From positions 4,971 to 68,970 of the forward strand of contig JAFVFB010000032.1 of the NCBI GenBank assembly GCA_017475705.1: a DNA stretch of 64,000 bases, written 5' to 3'. Below the pieces are notes generated by a model. That model did not search any database and was not told the DNA's origin. It saw only the letters and a list, made by a program, of their open reading frames with translations. Positions 1 to 10,345 of this stretch are shown piece by piece. Positions within the stretch are counted from its first letter, which is position 1; every line of letters starts with the position of its first letter. This stretch comes from Alphaproteobacteria bacterium (GTDB lineage: Bacteria > Pseudomonadota > Alphaproteobacteria > RF32 > CAG-239). Both the position numbers and the translations under genes were made by a program.

Positions 1-1
1 G

Positions 2-724
2 GAGAGAAGGCTGGCAGAAAACAAAAGTATTCATAATAACTTGCAAGAGATGGTAGAATATTTTGATTTACCACGTTTGCCACAGCGAATAGAGATATAT
101 GACAACTCGCACAACCAAGGCAGCTATGCCGTTGGAGCAATGGTCGTGGCAACACCCGATGGGTTTGATAAAAAGTCATACCGCACATTTAATATCAAAG
201 ATACAACTATTACCAATGATGACTTTGCGATGATGAAAGAAGTCTTAAGACGTCGCTTTGATCACATGAATAATGAAAATCGACCAGATGTAATATTGCT
301 TGATGGCGGCTTGGGGCAATTGCATGCCGTGTATGAAAGTTTAGCAGACTATGACCTAAAAGATATTAAAATTATCGCCATTTCAAAAGGTGTTGACAGA
401 AACGCCGGTAAAGAATTTTATCATCAGCTTGGTAAAGAAAGTTTTGCGTTGCCTTATCGCTCTGCAATTGCTTTTTATTTACAAAAATTAAGAGATGAAG
501 CGCATCGTTTTGCTATCGGTACACATCGTAAAAAACGCGCTAAATCAATGGTAAAATCAAGCCTTGATGAAATAGAAGGAATTGGTGCTAAGAGGAAGAG
601 GGACTTGCTTAATCACTTTGGTTCTGTGGCGGCGATAAAAGATGCCTCCATCAGTGATATCGCAAAAATTTCCGGAATCAGTAAAAAAACAGCTGAAAAC
701 ATTTATAATTACTTCCATAAATAA
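2..724 (+). CDS. uvrC: Excinuclease ABC subunit C (UvrC), C-terminal part; the 5' end lies outside the window
   Basis: The reading frame is open from the window edge. The translation has the UvrC endonuclease-region motif IEIYDNSHNQG and a C-terminal helix-hairpin-helix region IEGIGAKRKRDLLNHFGS. Confidence 0.9.
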   Translation, partial: ERRLAENKSIHNNLQEMVEYFDLPRLPQRIEIYDNSHNQGSYAVGAMVVATPDGFDKKSYRTFNIKDTTITNDDFAMMKEVLRRRFDHMNNENRPDVILLDGGLGQLHAVYESLADYDLKDIKIIAISKGVDRNAGKEFYHQLGKESFALPYRSAIAFYLQKLRDEAHRFAIGTHRKKRAKSMVKSSLDEIEGIGAKRKRDLLNHFGSVAAIKDASISDIAKISGISKKTAENIYNYFHK

Positions 725-764
725 AAAAAATAGTTATTATCAAACATAAATAGTGCTTTAATTA

Positions 765-1427
765 TTGGAAAGGAATATTGTCGTGTATAATTTGCCAAAC
801 TTACTCACACTTTCTAGAATTGCTGTTATTCCACTGATTTTTTTATCAGTATACACCAAGTGTTGCTTCTTAAATTATCTAGCCGGAGTATTATTTATAG
901 CAGCATCTATCACTGACTATTATGATGGAAAATTAGCACGTGATCGAGGGCAAGTTTCTGCTTTTGGTCGCTTGTTTGATCCTATTGCTGATAAACTTTT
1001 GGTTGCTTCTGCACTCGTTGTGTTTTTAGCAAAGCCTGGTATGTTGCACCCGATCAGCTATATTCCGGTATTTGTGATTTTGTGTCGCGAACTATTGGTG
1101 TCCGGGCTAAGAGAATTTTTGCGAGAAGTTAATATCGGTCTACCGGTAACCAAACTAGCAAAGTGGAAAACTGGTTTTCAGATGACCGCACTTTCTATGC
1201 TATTCTTCAAGGGCTGGTTCATCTGGGGTGGCCTTGGTGAGATTTTGCTTTGGGTGGCCGGTGTGTTAACTTTTATTACGGGTTATCAATATTTTGAAAA
1301 AAGCCTCGACTATATTCGTCAAGGTAACACCGTTAAAAAAGAAAAGAAGGAAACTTCCAGCGCATCTAAAGAAAAACCAATAGTAAAAAAATCTCCTCGT
1401 AAAAAGCCTGCAAAGGCTAAGAAATAG
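765..1427 (+). CDS. pgsA: CDP-diacylglycerol--glycerol-3-phosphate 3-phosphatidyltransferase (PgsA) with a Lys-rich C-terminal tail; the true start may be the GTG at 783
   Basis: CDP-alcohol phosphatidyltransferase motif DYYDGKLARDRGQVSAFGRLFDPIADK, an N-terminal LPNLLTLSRI, and several hydrophobic helices. Confidence 0.85.
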   Translation: MERNIVVYNLPNLLTLSRIAVIPLIFLSVYTKCCFLNYLAGVLFIAASITDYYDGKLARDRGQVSAFGRLFDPIADKLLVASALVVFLAKPGMLHPISYIPVFVILCRELLVSGLREFLREVNIGLPVTKLAKWKTGFQMTALSMLFFKGWFIWGGLGEILLWVAGVLTFITGYQYFEKSLDYIRQGNTVKKEKKETSSASKEKPIVKKSPRKKPAKAKK

Positions 1428-1435
1428 GTGATATA

Positions 1436-2125
1436 ATGGCAGAGGCTTCTAAACACATATTGGTGGTTGACGATGATACACGTCTACGGAGCCTTTTGCA
1501 AAGATATCTAAGAGAACAGGGCTTTCTTGTTTCTGCAGCAGAAAATGCAGCACAAGCAGAAAGCTTTCTTGATATTTATATCTTTGATTTACTTATTGTT
1601 GATATTATGATGCCCAAAGTCACCGGTACAGAGTTCTTACGCCAATTACGCGCAACTAATAACAATATACCAGTTATTTTGTTAACCGCAATGGGCGATG
1701 CTGCTGACCGCATTAATGGTCTGGAAATAGGGGCTGATGACTATATTGCCAAACCTTTTGAACCTAAAGAGCTTGTTTTGCGCATTAATAATATTCTTCG
1801 CCGGACTATAGAAGTTAAAGAAAAAGCTGGCAAATTGAGGTTTCATCATGTTTGCTATGACCTCTCTAAAGGTGAGCTCATCAATGATAAGGAAACAGTT
1901 ATTCACATAACACCAGTCGAGCGCACATTATTAAATTTATTAGGTTCTCGTCCGGGGGAGGTTCATTCCAGAGAAGAATTGGCAAGCGTACTGGGAAGCC
2001 CTGAAAGTTTACGCACAGTTGATGTCCAGATTACTCGCCTGCGCAAAAAAATTGAACAAGATACTAAAAACCCTCGCTATTTGCAAACTGTTCGTGGCAA
2101 GGGATATATGTTAATTTCTGAATAA
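1436..2125 (+). CDS. OmpR-family two-component response regulator
   Basis: Receiver domain (ILVVDDD ... DLLIVDIMMP ... ILLTA ... DDYIAKPF) followed by a winged-helix output domain (VDVQITRLRKKIE ... LQTVRGKGY). Confidence 0.9.
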   Translation: MAEASKHILVVDDDTRLRSLLQRYLREQGFLVSAAENAAQAESFLDIYIFDLLIVDIMMPKVTGTEFLRQLRATNNNIPVILLTAMGDAADRINGLEIGADDYIAKPFEPKELVLRINNILRRTIEVKEKAGKLRFHHVCYDLSKGELINDKETVIHITPVERTLLNLLGSRPGEVHSREELASVLGSPESLRTVDVQITRLRKKIEQDTKNPRYLQTVRGKGYMLISE

Positions 2126-2136
2126 AGGAGTAAAAA

Positions 2137-3501
2137 ATGCATATAAGACTTCCAAGCAAAATGGATAAAATATTACAATATTTAAAAATAAAGATAATGC
2201 CGAATACTTTGTTTTTTCGGACGATGTTGCTAATTTTTATTCCTTTAATATTGGTGCAGATTGTATCTGTGATTGCTTTTTGGGACGGCAACTGGGAAAA
2301 AGTTGGTCGAAGATTATCTAATAATTTATCTAACAACGTTGCCATGGCTATTGAGCTAACAACCAATAATCCAGAAATTTTAGCTGATGTTCAAGAACTT
2401 TATAAAAAGAATTATGGCCTCACTTTTGATTTGATTACTAATGAAGAACAGCAACTTGCTGTTAAAACCAACACCAGGTATAGCGAAGATTATAAGCTGG
2501 TTACAGGCCTTTTAGAAGAATCATTGCATCAAAAATTCCCTAAAACACTAACAAATGTTTATCTGGATAATGGCCGGCAAGATGTGATTATTTTGGTAGA
2601 AGCAGCTAATGGTCTGTATCGTTTTGATACTTCCACCAAAAATATCTTTAGCACCTCGTTATTTGGATTTTTGGCCTGGATGGTGGGCACTTCTTTATTG
2701 CTGTTTTTGGTAGCAACTTTATTTTTGCGCATTCAGGTGCGCTCGATTGCCACTTTGGCGCAAGTCGCGGAAGATTTTGGTAAAGGAATAAATACACCAT
2801 TTAAGCCCTATGGTTCTTCAGAAGTTAGGAAAGCTGGTCTTGCTTTTATTAAGATGAAAGAAAGAATTTTAAAGCAGATTTCGGAACGGACACAAATGTT
2901 AGCAGGCGTTTCTCATGATTTGCGCACCCCATTAACGCGAATGAAATTACAAATGGCTATGCTACCGGATAATCCTGAAAATAAAGAGTTTATTGAAGAT
3001 ATTGATGAGATGGAAAAAATGCTTGATGGTTATTTGGCATTTGTTTCCGGAGAGGGTGGTGAAAAGAATACATTTGTTGATATGAATGAACTTATTTTGA
3101 GTATTATAAATAAATTCCGTAACAGTAAAGCTTTGATTCGCTATTCTACAAATGACCAAGTCAGCGCCATACAAGGGCGTGAGCAAGCGCTTAAACGTGC
3201 CGTTACCAATATTATTTCGAATGCCTTTAATTATGGGAAGACCATTGCCGTTGGTCTTGAAAGCAACAATAAAAAGCTTGAAATAACGGTTGATGATGAT
3301 GGTCCAGGAATTCCGGCAGATAAACGGGAAGATGTATTCAAAGCCTTTTACCGCATAGATGAATCTCGTAACAAAGAGACAGGTGGTATTGGTTTGGGCT
3401 TATCTATTGCACGAGACATCATTACATCTCACGGCGGTAAAATAGAATTATCTGATAGTGAATTAGGAGGCTTGAGGGTACTCATTTCTATTCCCTTATA
3501 A
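2137..3501 (+). CDS. EnvZ-like sensor histidine kinase; the start is uncertain (in-frame ATGs at 2137, 2161 and 2197)
   Basis: Two TM segments, H-box SHDLRTPLTRM, N-box ISNAFNYG, G-boxes DDDGPGIP and GGIGLGLSI. It follows the response regulator by 11 nt. Confidence 0.85.
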   Translation: MHIRLPSKMDKILQYLKIKIMPNTLFFRTMLLIFIPLILVQIVSVIAFWDGNWEKVGRRLSNNLSNNVAMAIELTTNNPEILADVQELYKKNYGLTFDLITNEEQQLAVKTNTRYSEDYKLVTGLLEESLHQKFPKTLTNVYLDNGRQDVIILVEAANGLYRFDTSTKNIFSTSLFGFLAWMVGTSLLLFLVATLFLRIQVRSIATLAQVAEDFGKGINTPFKPYGSSEVRKAGLAFIKMKERILKQISERTQMLAGVSHDLRTPLTRMKLQMAMLPDNPENKEFIEDIDEMEKMLDGYLAFVSGEGGEKNTFVDMNELILSIINKFRNSKALIRYSTNDQVSAIQGREQALKRAVTNIISNAFNYGKTIAVGLESNNKKLEITVDDDGPGIPADKREDVFKAFYRIDESRNKETGGIGLGLSIARDIITSHGGKIELSDSELGGLRVLISIPL

Positions 3502-3551
3502 TTCGCACATACGAAAATATGTGTTTCGTTGCGGTAGTTAGACGCTACGGA

Positions 3552-3589
3552 AAAAGAGAAGAGAGGACGAATAATCCTCTCTTCTTTTT
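3552..3589. terminator. Bidirectional rho-independent terminator between the convergent kinase gene and trxA
   Basis: Stem AAGAGAAGAGAGGA / TCCTCTCTTCTT with loop CGAATAA, an A-run on the left and a T-run on the right. Confidence 0.5.
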
Positions 3590-3665
3590 GGCACCCCCTG
3601 CAAAATATTCTCAATAAAAAAGGAGGCACAACGTACCCCCTCAGAACAATTCCTTTTACAATCAA

Positions 3666-3980
3666 TTAAATATGGGAATTAATCCAGTCTTGAATAGTTG
3701 CTTGAGAATTAAAGCCAACCTTCGTATCAATTTTTTCACCATTCTTAAATAAAAACATGGTCGGAATGCTTCTAATCTCAAAGCCAGCAGCAGTAGCTGG
3801 TGATTCATCAACATTCATCTTACAGATTTTAACTTTTTCCCCCATTTCTTTGTTAACTTCTTCCAAGACAGGCCCCAATTGGCGGCAAGGACCGCACCAT
3901 TCTGCCCAAAAGTCAACCAAGACCAATCCTTTGGATTTTAATACTTCACTTTCAAATTCGCTATCATTTATAGATTTCAT
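3666..3980 (-). CDS. trxA: Thioredoxin
   Basis: WCGPC active site. At ~104 aa from the internal Met (MKSINDSEFESEV...) it has typical TrxA length; the longer ORF to 4064 is probably an upstream extension. Confidence 0.9.
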   Translation of the reverse strand: MKSINDSEFESEVLKSKGLVLVDFWAEWCGPCRQLGPVLEEVNKEMGEKVKICKMNVDESPATAAGFEIRSIPTMFLFKNGEKIDTKVGFNSQATIQDWINSHI

Positions 3981-4068
3981 TGCTTTTTCCCTTTCTGCTA
4001 ACAGTTCTATAAATAATATAGGTACAACTTTAAAATATTCAAGATGAAAGCCACAATAATCCAAAGTT

Positions 4069-7000
4069 TTAGATTTTCATCATATGACAAGTATTCGTCC
4101 ACAATATATAAGTTTCAATATCTTTACTTGGGTAAATTTTAGCAATCAAAGATTTATAGGTGCTCAGTTGTTTAACATACAAATCAGGTACTTCATCTTT
4201 TGTCAACGCAGCAGGGCGGTTAGTTTTATAATCAACAACCAAGATTTTATCTGGCAATATAATTAATCGGTCTATTTTAGCAGAAACGATTTTACCGCCG
4301 ACCTCTCCAATAATAGGAACCTCGGCAAGTGAATTTTTCTGGAAAATTTCAGGAAATTTCGAACACAGGTTTAAAACTTCTGCCACCATTTTATTCAATT
4401 CGTTAGTAGGAAAATCCGGCAATTCTTTTTGCACAAAAGCAAAAGCCGCCTGTTGCCTATAGTAACCATCAACGTTAGGAATATATTGTAAAAGCTTATG
4501 CATAGCTGTGCCGCGTGCATAAAACTTTCCTTCATCTTCCAAAGGAGAAGCCGTTATTTCCGTTTCGTCACTATCATCATGAGACGGTGCAAAAGGTTTA
4601 GCTAAGGGGGGCTCAATCGGTGCAGGGCAAAGCAAAAAATTATAATCTTTAGTTTGGGTTTCTAAGATATTCTCTTTGCGAGCAGGCTTAAACGAATTTT
4701 TTTGTTCCACATAATAAACAATTCTCTTGTCATCATCGCGCGACGAAACGTTAGAAGATATATTATTTTCTAGCAGTTTATACCAAGATTCTTTTTTTGG
4801 ACTTTTTTCTTTAGTATATCCGGCGATATAGAGGCGGTCTTCAGCTCGTGTGAGTGCTACATAGAGCAACCGGCGATATTCATCAAAATCAGCATCTAAA
4901 TTCTTTTGTTTGATTTTTTTGCACACATCATCATATTGAGCCGACGAAGTTGGGAAAAAGAGTTGTCCGTCTTCCCATAAAAATTCACTAGCAAACGCAG
5001 TATTTTTAGTTTTAGTTGTATCAGCCAAAATAACGATAGGCGCCTGTAATCCTTTTGAACCGTGCACAGTCATAATTTTAACAGTATCATCGTCTCCTTG
5101 TTCCATCTCTTTTTTGATGATAACTTCATCTTGTACAATCCAAGAAATAAAAGATTGCAGGGTAGGGGTATGCTTTTGTTCAAATAACAGGGTGAGGTTC
5201 AAAAACTCATCAAGAACATCTTCCACTTCGATTCCCATTCGTGAAACAAAATTTTTCCTTCCAGACAAATTAACCAAAACAAAATTGAATAGTTCGAAAG
5301 GTCTAATAAAACCACTCATGTTGAGCAAATTTTTCAGCTTTTGCGCACAATCACCATAGTTATCATCTTTAAGCAAACTATTAAAAAGGGAACCGCCACG
5401 ATTGTAACAGAGCTTAAATAAATCATCATCAGTCAAACCCAAAATAGGTGATTTAAGCACTTCAGCTAATGACAAGTCATCATTTGGCAATAACAGAAAT
5501 CTTCCTAAAGAGATAAGGTCCTGCACGGCAATCTGCTCAAGCAATTTAAGTTTATCCACACCGGCGACCTTCACCCCGATATCTTTACACGCACGCACAA
5601 ATTCTTCCACAAAGGCATTTCGTTGTTGCACTAAAAACATAAAATCACCATAACGCAACGGTCTGTTTTTAGAAGCTAGGAACTCACCAGAAGCCACCAT
5701 TTTTTTTATATTTAACGCGATTTGCCGAGCCAGCATGTTAGAGAGAGATGTTTTTTGTTCTCGGATAACAGGCAGAACCCAATTATAATCATTTTTAGCA
5801 TTATCCTCATTTTCTTTCAGTAGAGGAAATATTTCCACTTGTCCGCCATCTCCCAAGCGAAAAGGGCGGTGATTAATATGTTCACCATCAGGAACAACGC
5901 CTTTTTTTGCCTCAGGAGCCTCAAACAAAGTATTAACACAATCCATAATTGCTTGGGTAGATCGAAAAGAAACATCAAGATGCACTTTAGCAAAATGTTG
6001 GACATGTTTATTAAAATAATGAAACATCCGGTCAAATTCATGCGGATCAGCACCTTGGAAACTATAAATAGACTGTTTTCTATCTCCAACCACAAACACT
6101 GTTCGCGCCAAAGCCTCATCATATTGACCGGTTCCTGCAAAAAATTCCTGTGTTAAGGCACGGATAATAGCCCATTGGTTAGGGGAAGTATCTTGTGCCT
6201 CATCAATAAGGATATGGTCTATTCCGCCATCAAGTTTAAATAACACCCAATCAGCAACATCTCTATTTTCCAGCAATTGTCTGGTGATAGTGATTAAGTC
6301 TTCATAGTCCAAAACAGCATAAATTTCTTTGTAGTTATCATATTGTTTTATGATATGTTGTGCAATATGCAACACCGCCACAGTAGCCAGCAAAACATTA
6401 AGCGAAACAATATCCTTTTGCACTTTTAGAATGCGTTCAGCTTCATTTTGCATAAAATCAGCCAGTTCAGGCATAGCCGCACTAGCTTTTTGTGAGATTA
6501 GGCGTGCGCGCACAGTGTCTTTATCAGTAAGAAATACAGCCTTATAGCTTTCATAAGCATCAGCAGAAGAACAATGCTCTAAAACATCAGCAAGTACTCT
6601 AGCTCTTTTTGAATCTTCTGCTCCTCCTTGAGAAAAGGCGCCTATTGCTTTGCTGATAGTATCAACATCAATGTTGTTCAAAGCATTTAGTTTTAGCTGT
6701 TCTTCAGTCAAATCGGCACGAACCCCAAGTTTTATCTCGAGGTTTTTTGCAATCACTGTAATATCACCATGATACATTCTCAGCAGCTGGCTGATTTTAC
6801 TTCGATTTTCTGTAATCATATTCATAATTTGTGGAAATTGATATTCGCTGATATGCTCAATCAGATAAGAAATAGCCTGATTAAGCTCCGCATTATCCTC
6901 ATTTTCCGTCATTTTTAGCAAATCGAGTTTAATATTTTGCAGAATTTCTTTAGCATTACGATCGTCTAGAACTTCAAAATACGGAGAGATTCCTGCCTCA

Positions 7001-7446
7001 AGTGGAAATCTTTTTAGAATATCTTCGCAAAAGCTATGGATTGTTTGGATTTTCATTCCTCCCGGAGTATCCAGCAACACCGCAAACAGAGTCCGTGCGA
7101 AGCTAAGCAATTCTTCAGAGTTATTTTCATCAAATTTTTCTCCTAACAACTGGCGCAATTCTTCTTCAAGTTTTTGATTGCTTTCTACAGCCCAGGAGCT
7201 AAGTCTTTTGGCAATACGCTCGTTCATTTCAACGGCTGCAGCCTTAGTATAGGTTAAGCACAAAAGCTTTGCCGGATTGACTTTAGCCAAAAGCAGCCGT
7301 AATACGCGGTCAGAAAGTACTTTTGTTTTTCCTGTGCCGGCAGATGCTTCCACCCAAACAGACATTTCTGGATTAGCTGCCGCCATTTGTTGAGTGGTTG
7401 CCAAATCAATAAGTCGTTTTTTTTGTTCCTTAAAATCAAGCTCCAT
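4069..7446 (-). CDS. addA: Double-strand break repair helicase/nuclease AddA (UvrD-like helicase plus C-terminal PD-(D/E)XK nuclease)
   Basis: Walker A ASAGTGKTKVL, DEAQDTSP, UvrD-type motifs (VGDRKQSIYSFQGA, LDVSFRS, MTVHGSKGLQ, LYVALTRA) and a C-terminal nuclease motif IDRLIILPDKILVVDYKT. Confidence 0.85.
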   Translation of the reverse strand: MELDFKEQKKRLIDLATTQQMAAANPEMSVWVEASAGTGKTKVLSDRVLRLLLAKVNPAKLLCLTYTKAAAVEMNERIAKRLSSWAVESNQKLEEELRQLLGEKFDENNSEELLSFARTLFAVLLDTPGGMKIQTIHSFCEDILKRFPLEAGISPYFEVLDDRNAKEILQNIKLDLLKMTENEDNAELNQAISYLIEHISEYQFPQIMNMITENRSKISQLLRMYHGDITVIAKNLEIKLGVRADLTEEQLKLNALNNIDVDTISKAIGAFSQGGAEDSKRARVLADVLEHCSSADAYESYKAVFLTDKDTVRARLISQKASAAMPELADFMQNEAERILKVQKDIVSLNVLLATVAVLHIAQHIIKQYDNYKEIYAVLDYEDLITITRQLLENRDVADWVLFKLDGGIDHILIDEAQDTSPNQWAIIRALTQEFFAGTGQYDEALARTVFVVGDRKQSIYSFQGADPHEFDRMFHYFNKHVQHFAKVHLDVSFRSTQAIMDCVNTLFEAPEAKKGVVPDGEHINHRPFRLGDGGQVEIFPLLKENEDNAKNDYNWVLPVIREQKTSLSNMLARQIALNIKKMVASGEFLASKNRPLRYGDFMFLVQQRNAFVEEFVRACKDIGVKVAGVDKLKLLEQIAVQDLISLGRFLLLPNDDLSLAEVLKSPILGLTDDDLFKLCYNRGGSLFNSLLKDDNYGDCAQKLKNLLNMSGFIRPFELFNFVLVNLSGRKNFVSRMGIEVEDVLDEFLNLTLLFEQKHTPTLQSFISWIVQDEVIIKKEMEQGDDDTVKIMTVHGSKGLQAPIVILADTTKTKNTAFASEFLWEDGQLFFPTSSAQYDDVCKKIKQKNLDADFDEYRRLLYVALTRAEDRLYIAGYTKEKSPKKESWYKLLENNISSNVSSRDDDKRIVYYVEQKNSFKPARKENILETQTKDYNFLLCPAPIEPPLAKPFAPSHDDSDETEITASPLEDEGKFYARGTAMHKLLQYIPNVDGYYRQQAAFAFVQKELPDFPTNELNKMVAEVLNLCSKFPEIFQKNSLAEVPIIGEVGGKIVSAKIDRLIILPDKILVVDYKTNRPAALTKDEVPDLYVKQLSTYKSLIAKIYPSKDIETYILWTNTCHMMKI

Positions 7447-10339
7447 CGCCGCTTTCCTCCTCTTGCACAGACCATTCTTTGATACGAGCTAAGTGTTCAT
7501 AGTCTTTATTTTTCGGAACATATTTAGGAATAGGTCTTGAATAATAGGGCGTTGTTTCAAAGTCAAATGTCTCCATAAGCTTAAGCAAAAACTCCTCGCT
7601 CTTATTCAAAACCTCATCTTCACTTGGCTTAATAGCAAGAATATTTTTAGAGCTGTTTTGACTTCCCAAACGCCAATAGATAAGTTGATTTATTTCTTTT
7701 TTGCCAATATTATCAAAAGATCCTTTTGTTGCGATTAATCCCTCCAGCAATAGCTGCATAGCATGTCCGCTCATAATTTGTTTTTTGTTAGGGATATTAC
7801 CTGTTTTATAGTCTACAATATTAATTTTTCCATCTTTGAGTTGGTCGATTCTATCGGCCTTTGCCACAAAATGAATAGTACCATTCGGTAGAGAGTAAGA
7901 GATTGTTCCTGTTACTTCATTACAAATTTTTTCCACATCTTGCCGGTTATCTTGAACCACATAAGCCATAGCAGTTTTAGCAAATTTAGGCCACCAAAAG
8001 GCTTTTAATTCTTTATCAATATTAGCCTCGTCAAAACAACGTTCTCCCAACTTAATAAGAATATCTAGAGCATTTTCCGGCAGTTGTTTGGGGTACAGAT
8101 TGTTAAATTTTTCAATAATACCATGTATAAGCGTTCCATAGTCTCTCTGGTCAAGTGGAATATCAAGTTGTTCTAGAGGGTAGAGCTTTAATATATATTT
8201 AGCAAATACACTATAAGGATCAGTAATAAGCAAATCGACAGCACTGGCAGAAAGTTTTCGAGGCCTTGCGTTAACAGGTGGACATGGTGCAGGGGAACTA
8301 ATAGGACAAAACATCTCAGGCACATCGACGTGGCTAGAAAAAGCTGTAAAATCTGAGATTGTAAAGTCATCAATTGTTGTCTCCAATGCTTTCAGCACTG
8401 TCTCCATACGTAGTAACCACCGAGATTTTTTCATCGGCACCCCGTCAACTCTTTCTGCTCGCGTTAAGATAACGTGCTCAGAGGCCAAAAAGCAACACAA
8501 ATCTGCCGCCAAAATACCGATGGCCTTTTCCGGCAAATTAAAGCCAAAATCCTTTTTCATTGGCCGCGACATCCACATGTCTGCCTGAGTTGGCTTGGGC
8601 CATATTCCCTCATTAATCTCACCCAAGATAACATAGTCAAAATGGCAAAGTCTTGCTTCAATAGGCCCTAATATGCTCAGTCGTGGATGCGTTCCATAGC
8701 GTTTGCGAACGGTTTCTAACCCCATAAGTTCACATAGCAGAGGTAAATAATCTTTGCCGCATATTTTTCCTAACACGCCTGTTGTTTCAAGCATTTTGGT
8801 TACAAACTGTGCCGCACATTTGCCAGCATCGCCGCGCCACAAAATCTTTTTCCCTTCTACATCATCAGAGCAAGCCAAGTCTTCAGCTAATTCGATATGG
8901 GCCCTTAAAATTTTATCAAACTCGATATTTTTCGCCGTTAGCATTTGCCCGAACCGCTCTAGCTTACTGCGTACAGGGTAAATGTTTTCTGCTGCATTTT
9001 TCAGCATATCGTCATTTTTTTGCCGCAACGCGACTTCATAACCGTAAATGGCTGAGCGAATGTCACTTGTAGCCATATGGCACAAACAAAAGGGATGTTT
9101 TAATAAGCCAATAAATTTAGTATCGGAGTCAATATCTTCTGCGGATTCTGCAATAAGCCGCAAAAAAATTCCGATAGGCGTAAGGTTTAAGGGTAATCCA
9201 GCAGAATCATCAATTTCAATTTCAAAACGTTCTAGTTCAGAGGCAACACGTCGTGCCAAATTACGGTCATAAGTAATCAAGGCTGCTGTTTTTTCAGGAA
9301 AGTTCAACACTTCTCTCATTTTAAGAGCAATAGCCAACGCTTCATCACGATGGGTTTTACAGGTCATCAACTGGAGCTGATTAGAATTTATTCCTTCAAT
9401 TGTATTTTTTTCTAGAAATCGCCACGCATCAGAAACTCTTGCCGGTCGCATAATTTCAGAAATAAACTTTTCACGATTAATATTACTCGGTGGGCAGAGT
9501 TGAACCACTTCTTCGCGTTTTAGTTCCAAAAGGCTGAGTAGTTCTTTCAATTCGAATTGTGGATGCGATTCGTCAACAGCATTCCAATAATTTTCATCAG
9601 CACAATCATCGATTCCAGAAAAATAGATTTCCCCATTGTCAAGTTGTGTAATAGCTTTAAGCAGATGTACCACCATAGGAAAACTTGCAGTAATACCGGC
9701 AGCAATAATCGGCTGCTGTGTTTTTTCGCTAAGCCACAAATCCGCTTGCTTATAAATTAATTCCTTTTGCTGCTGACACACATCAACAGCATTTCTTTCT
9801 TGTAAAATCTTTGGCCAATATTCTGTAATAATTTTAAGCAGTTTAAGAGTTTCTTGCCAGTGAGAAGCATATTTTTCTGGCACCAATTCATCAAGTTTAT
9901 CAAAAGACAAGTTTTGGTAGCATGCTGTATCTATCAGATTAGCTAAGTCTAGTGCCAAATTTAAGGCTTGTGCCAAAGAAATTTGTTTCAAGCCAAATTC
10001 AGCAGGCTTAGACATTATCATACGTGCAAAGATAAACAGTCGTTCTTCTTTGCGGATAGCTGGCAAATGATGAGAGCTGGCAAAGTCATTTCCAAAGCTA
10101 TCAAAAAACAAATTTTCATCATCCGTTTCGAGAATAGGAATAATTTGCGGCAATATAGCAGGTTTCGTTCCATAACAACGCACAAAAGCAGCAATCAAAC
10201 TCTGGCAGGCTCTGCGGTTAGGTACCAAAAACAGAGCCGTAGCAAGTTTCCAGTCATTTTTCTGATATTTATCAACATAAACTTTCGCCAGAGTGTCCCA
10301 AAAAGAGCAACTCAAGGGGATGTTAAAAATTTTTTTCAA
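7436..10339 (-). CDS. addB: Double-strand break repair protein AddB (inactive-helicase-like, C-terminal nuclease)
   Basis: 967 aa, overlapping addA by 11 nt (the alphaproteobacterial addB-addA order). C-terminal RecB-like motif ADRIDQLKDGKINIVDYKTG. Confidence 0.8.
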   Translation of the reverse strand: MKKIFNIPLSCSFWDTLAKVYVDKYQKNDWKLATALFLVPNRRACQSLIAAFVRCYGTKPAILPQIIPILETDDENLFFDSFGNDFASSHHLPAIRKEERLFIFARMIMSKPAEFGLKQISLAQALNLALDLANLIDTACYQNLSFDKLDELVPEKYASHWQETLKLLKIITEYWPKILQERNAVDVCQQQKELIYKQADLWLSEKTQQPIIAAGITASFPMVVHLLKAITQLDNGEIYFSGIDDCADENYWNAVDESHPQFELKELLSLLELKREEVVQLCPPSNINREKFISEIMRPARVSDAWRFLEKNTIEGINSNQLQLMTCKTHRDEALAIALKMREVLNFPEKTAALITYDRNLARRVASELERFEIEIDDSAGLPLNLTPIGIFLRLIAESAEDIDSDTKFIGLLKHPFCLCHMATSDIRSAIYGYEVALRQKNDDMLKNAAENIYPVRSKLERFGQMLTAKNIEFDKILRAHIELAEDLACSDDVEGKKILWRGDAGKCAAQFVTKMLETTGVLGKICGKDYLPLLCELMGLETVRKRYGTHPRLSILGPIEARLCHFDYVILGEINEGIWPKPTQADMWMSRPMKKDFGFNLPEKAIGILAADLCCFLASEHVILTRAERVDGVPMKKSRWLLRMETVLKALETTIDDFTISDFTAFSSHVDVPEMFCPISSPAPCPPVNARPRKLSASAVDLLITDPYSVFAKYILKLYPLEQLDIPLDQRDYGTLIHGIIEKFNNLYPKQLPENALDILIKLGERCFDEANIDKELKAFWWPKFAKTAMAYVVQDNRQDVEKICNEVTGTISYSLPNGTIHFVAKADRIDQLKDGKINIVDYKTGNIPNKKQIMSGHAMQLLLEGLIATKGSFDNIGKKEINQLIYWRLGSQNSSKNILAIKPSEDEVLNKSEEFLLKLMETFDFETTPYYSRPIPKYVPKNKDYEHLARIKEWSVQEEESGDGA

Positions 10340-10345
10340 AAGTCC

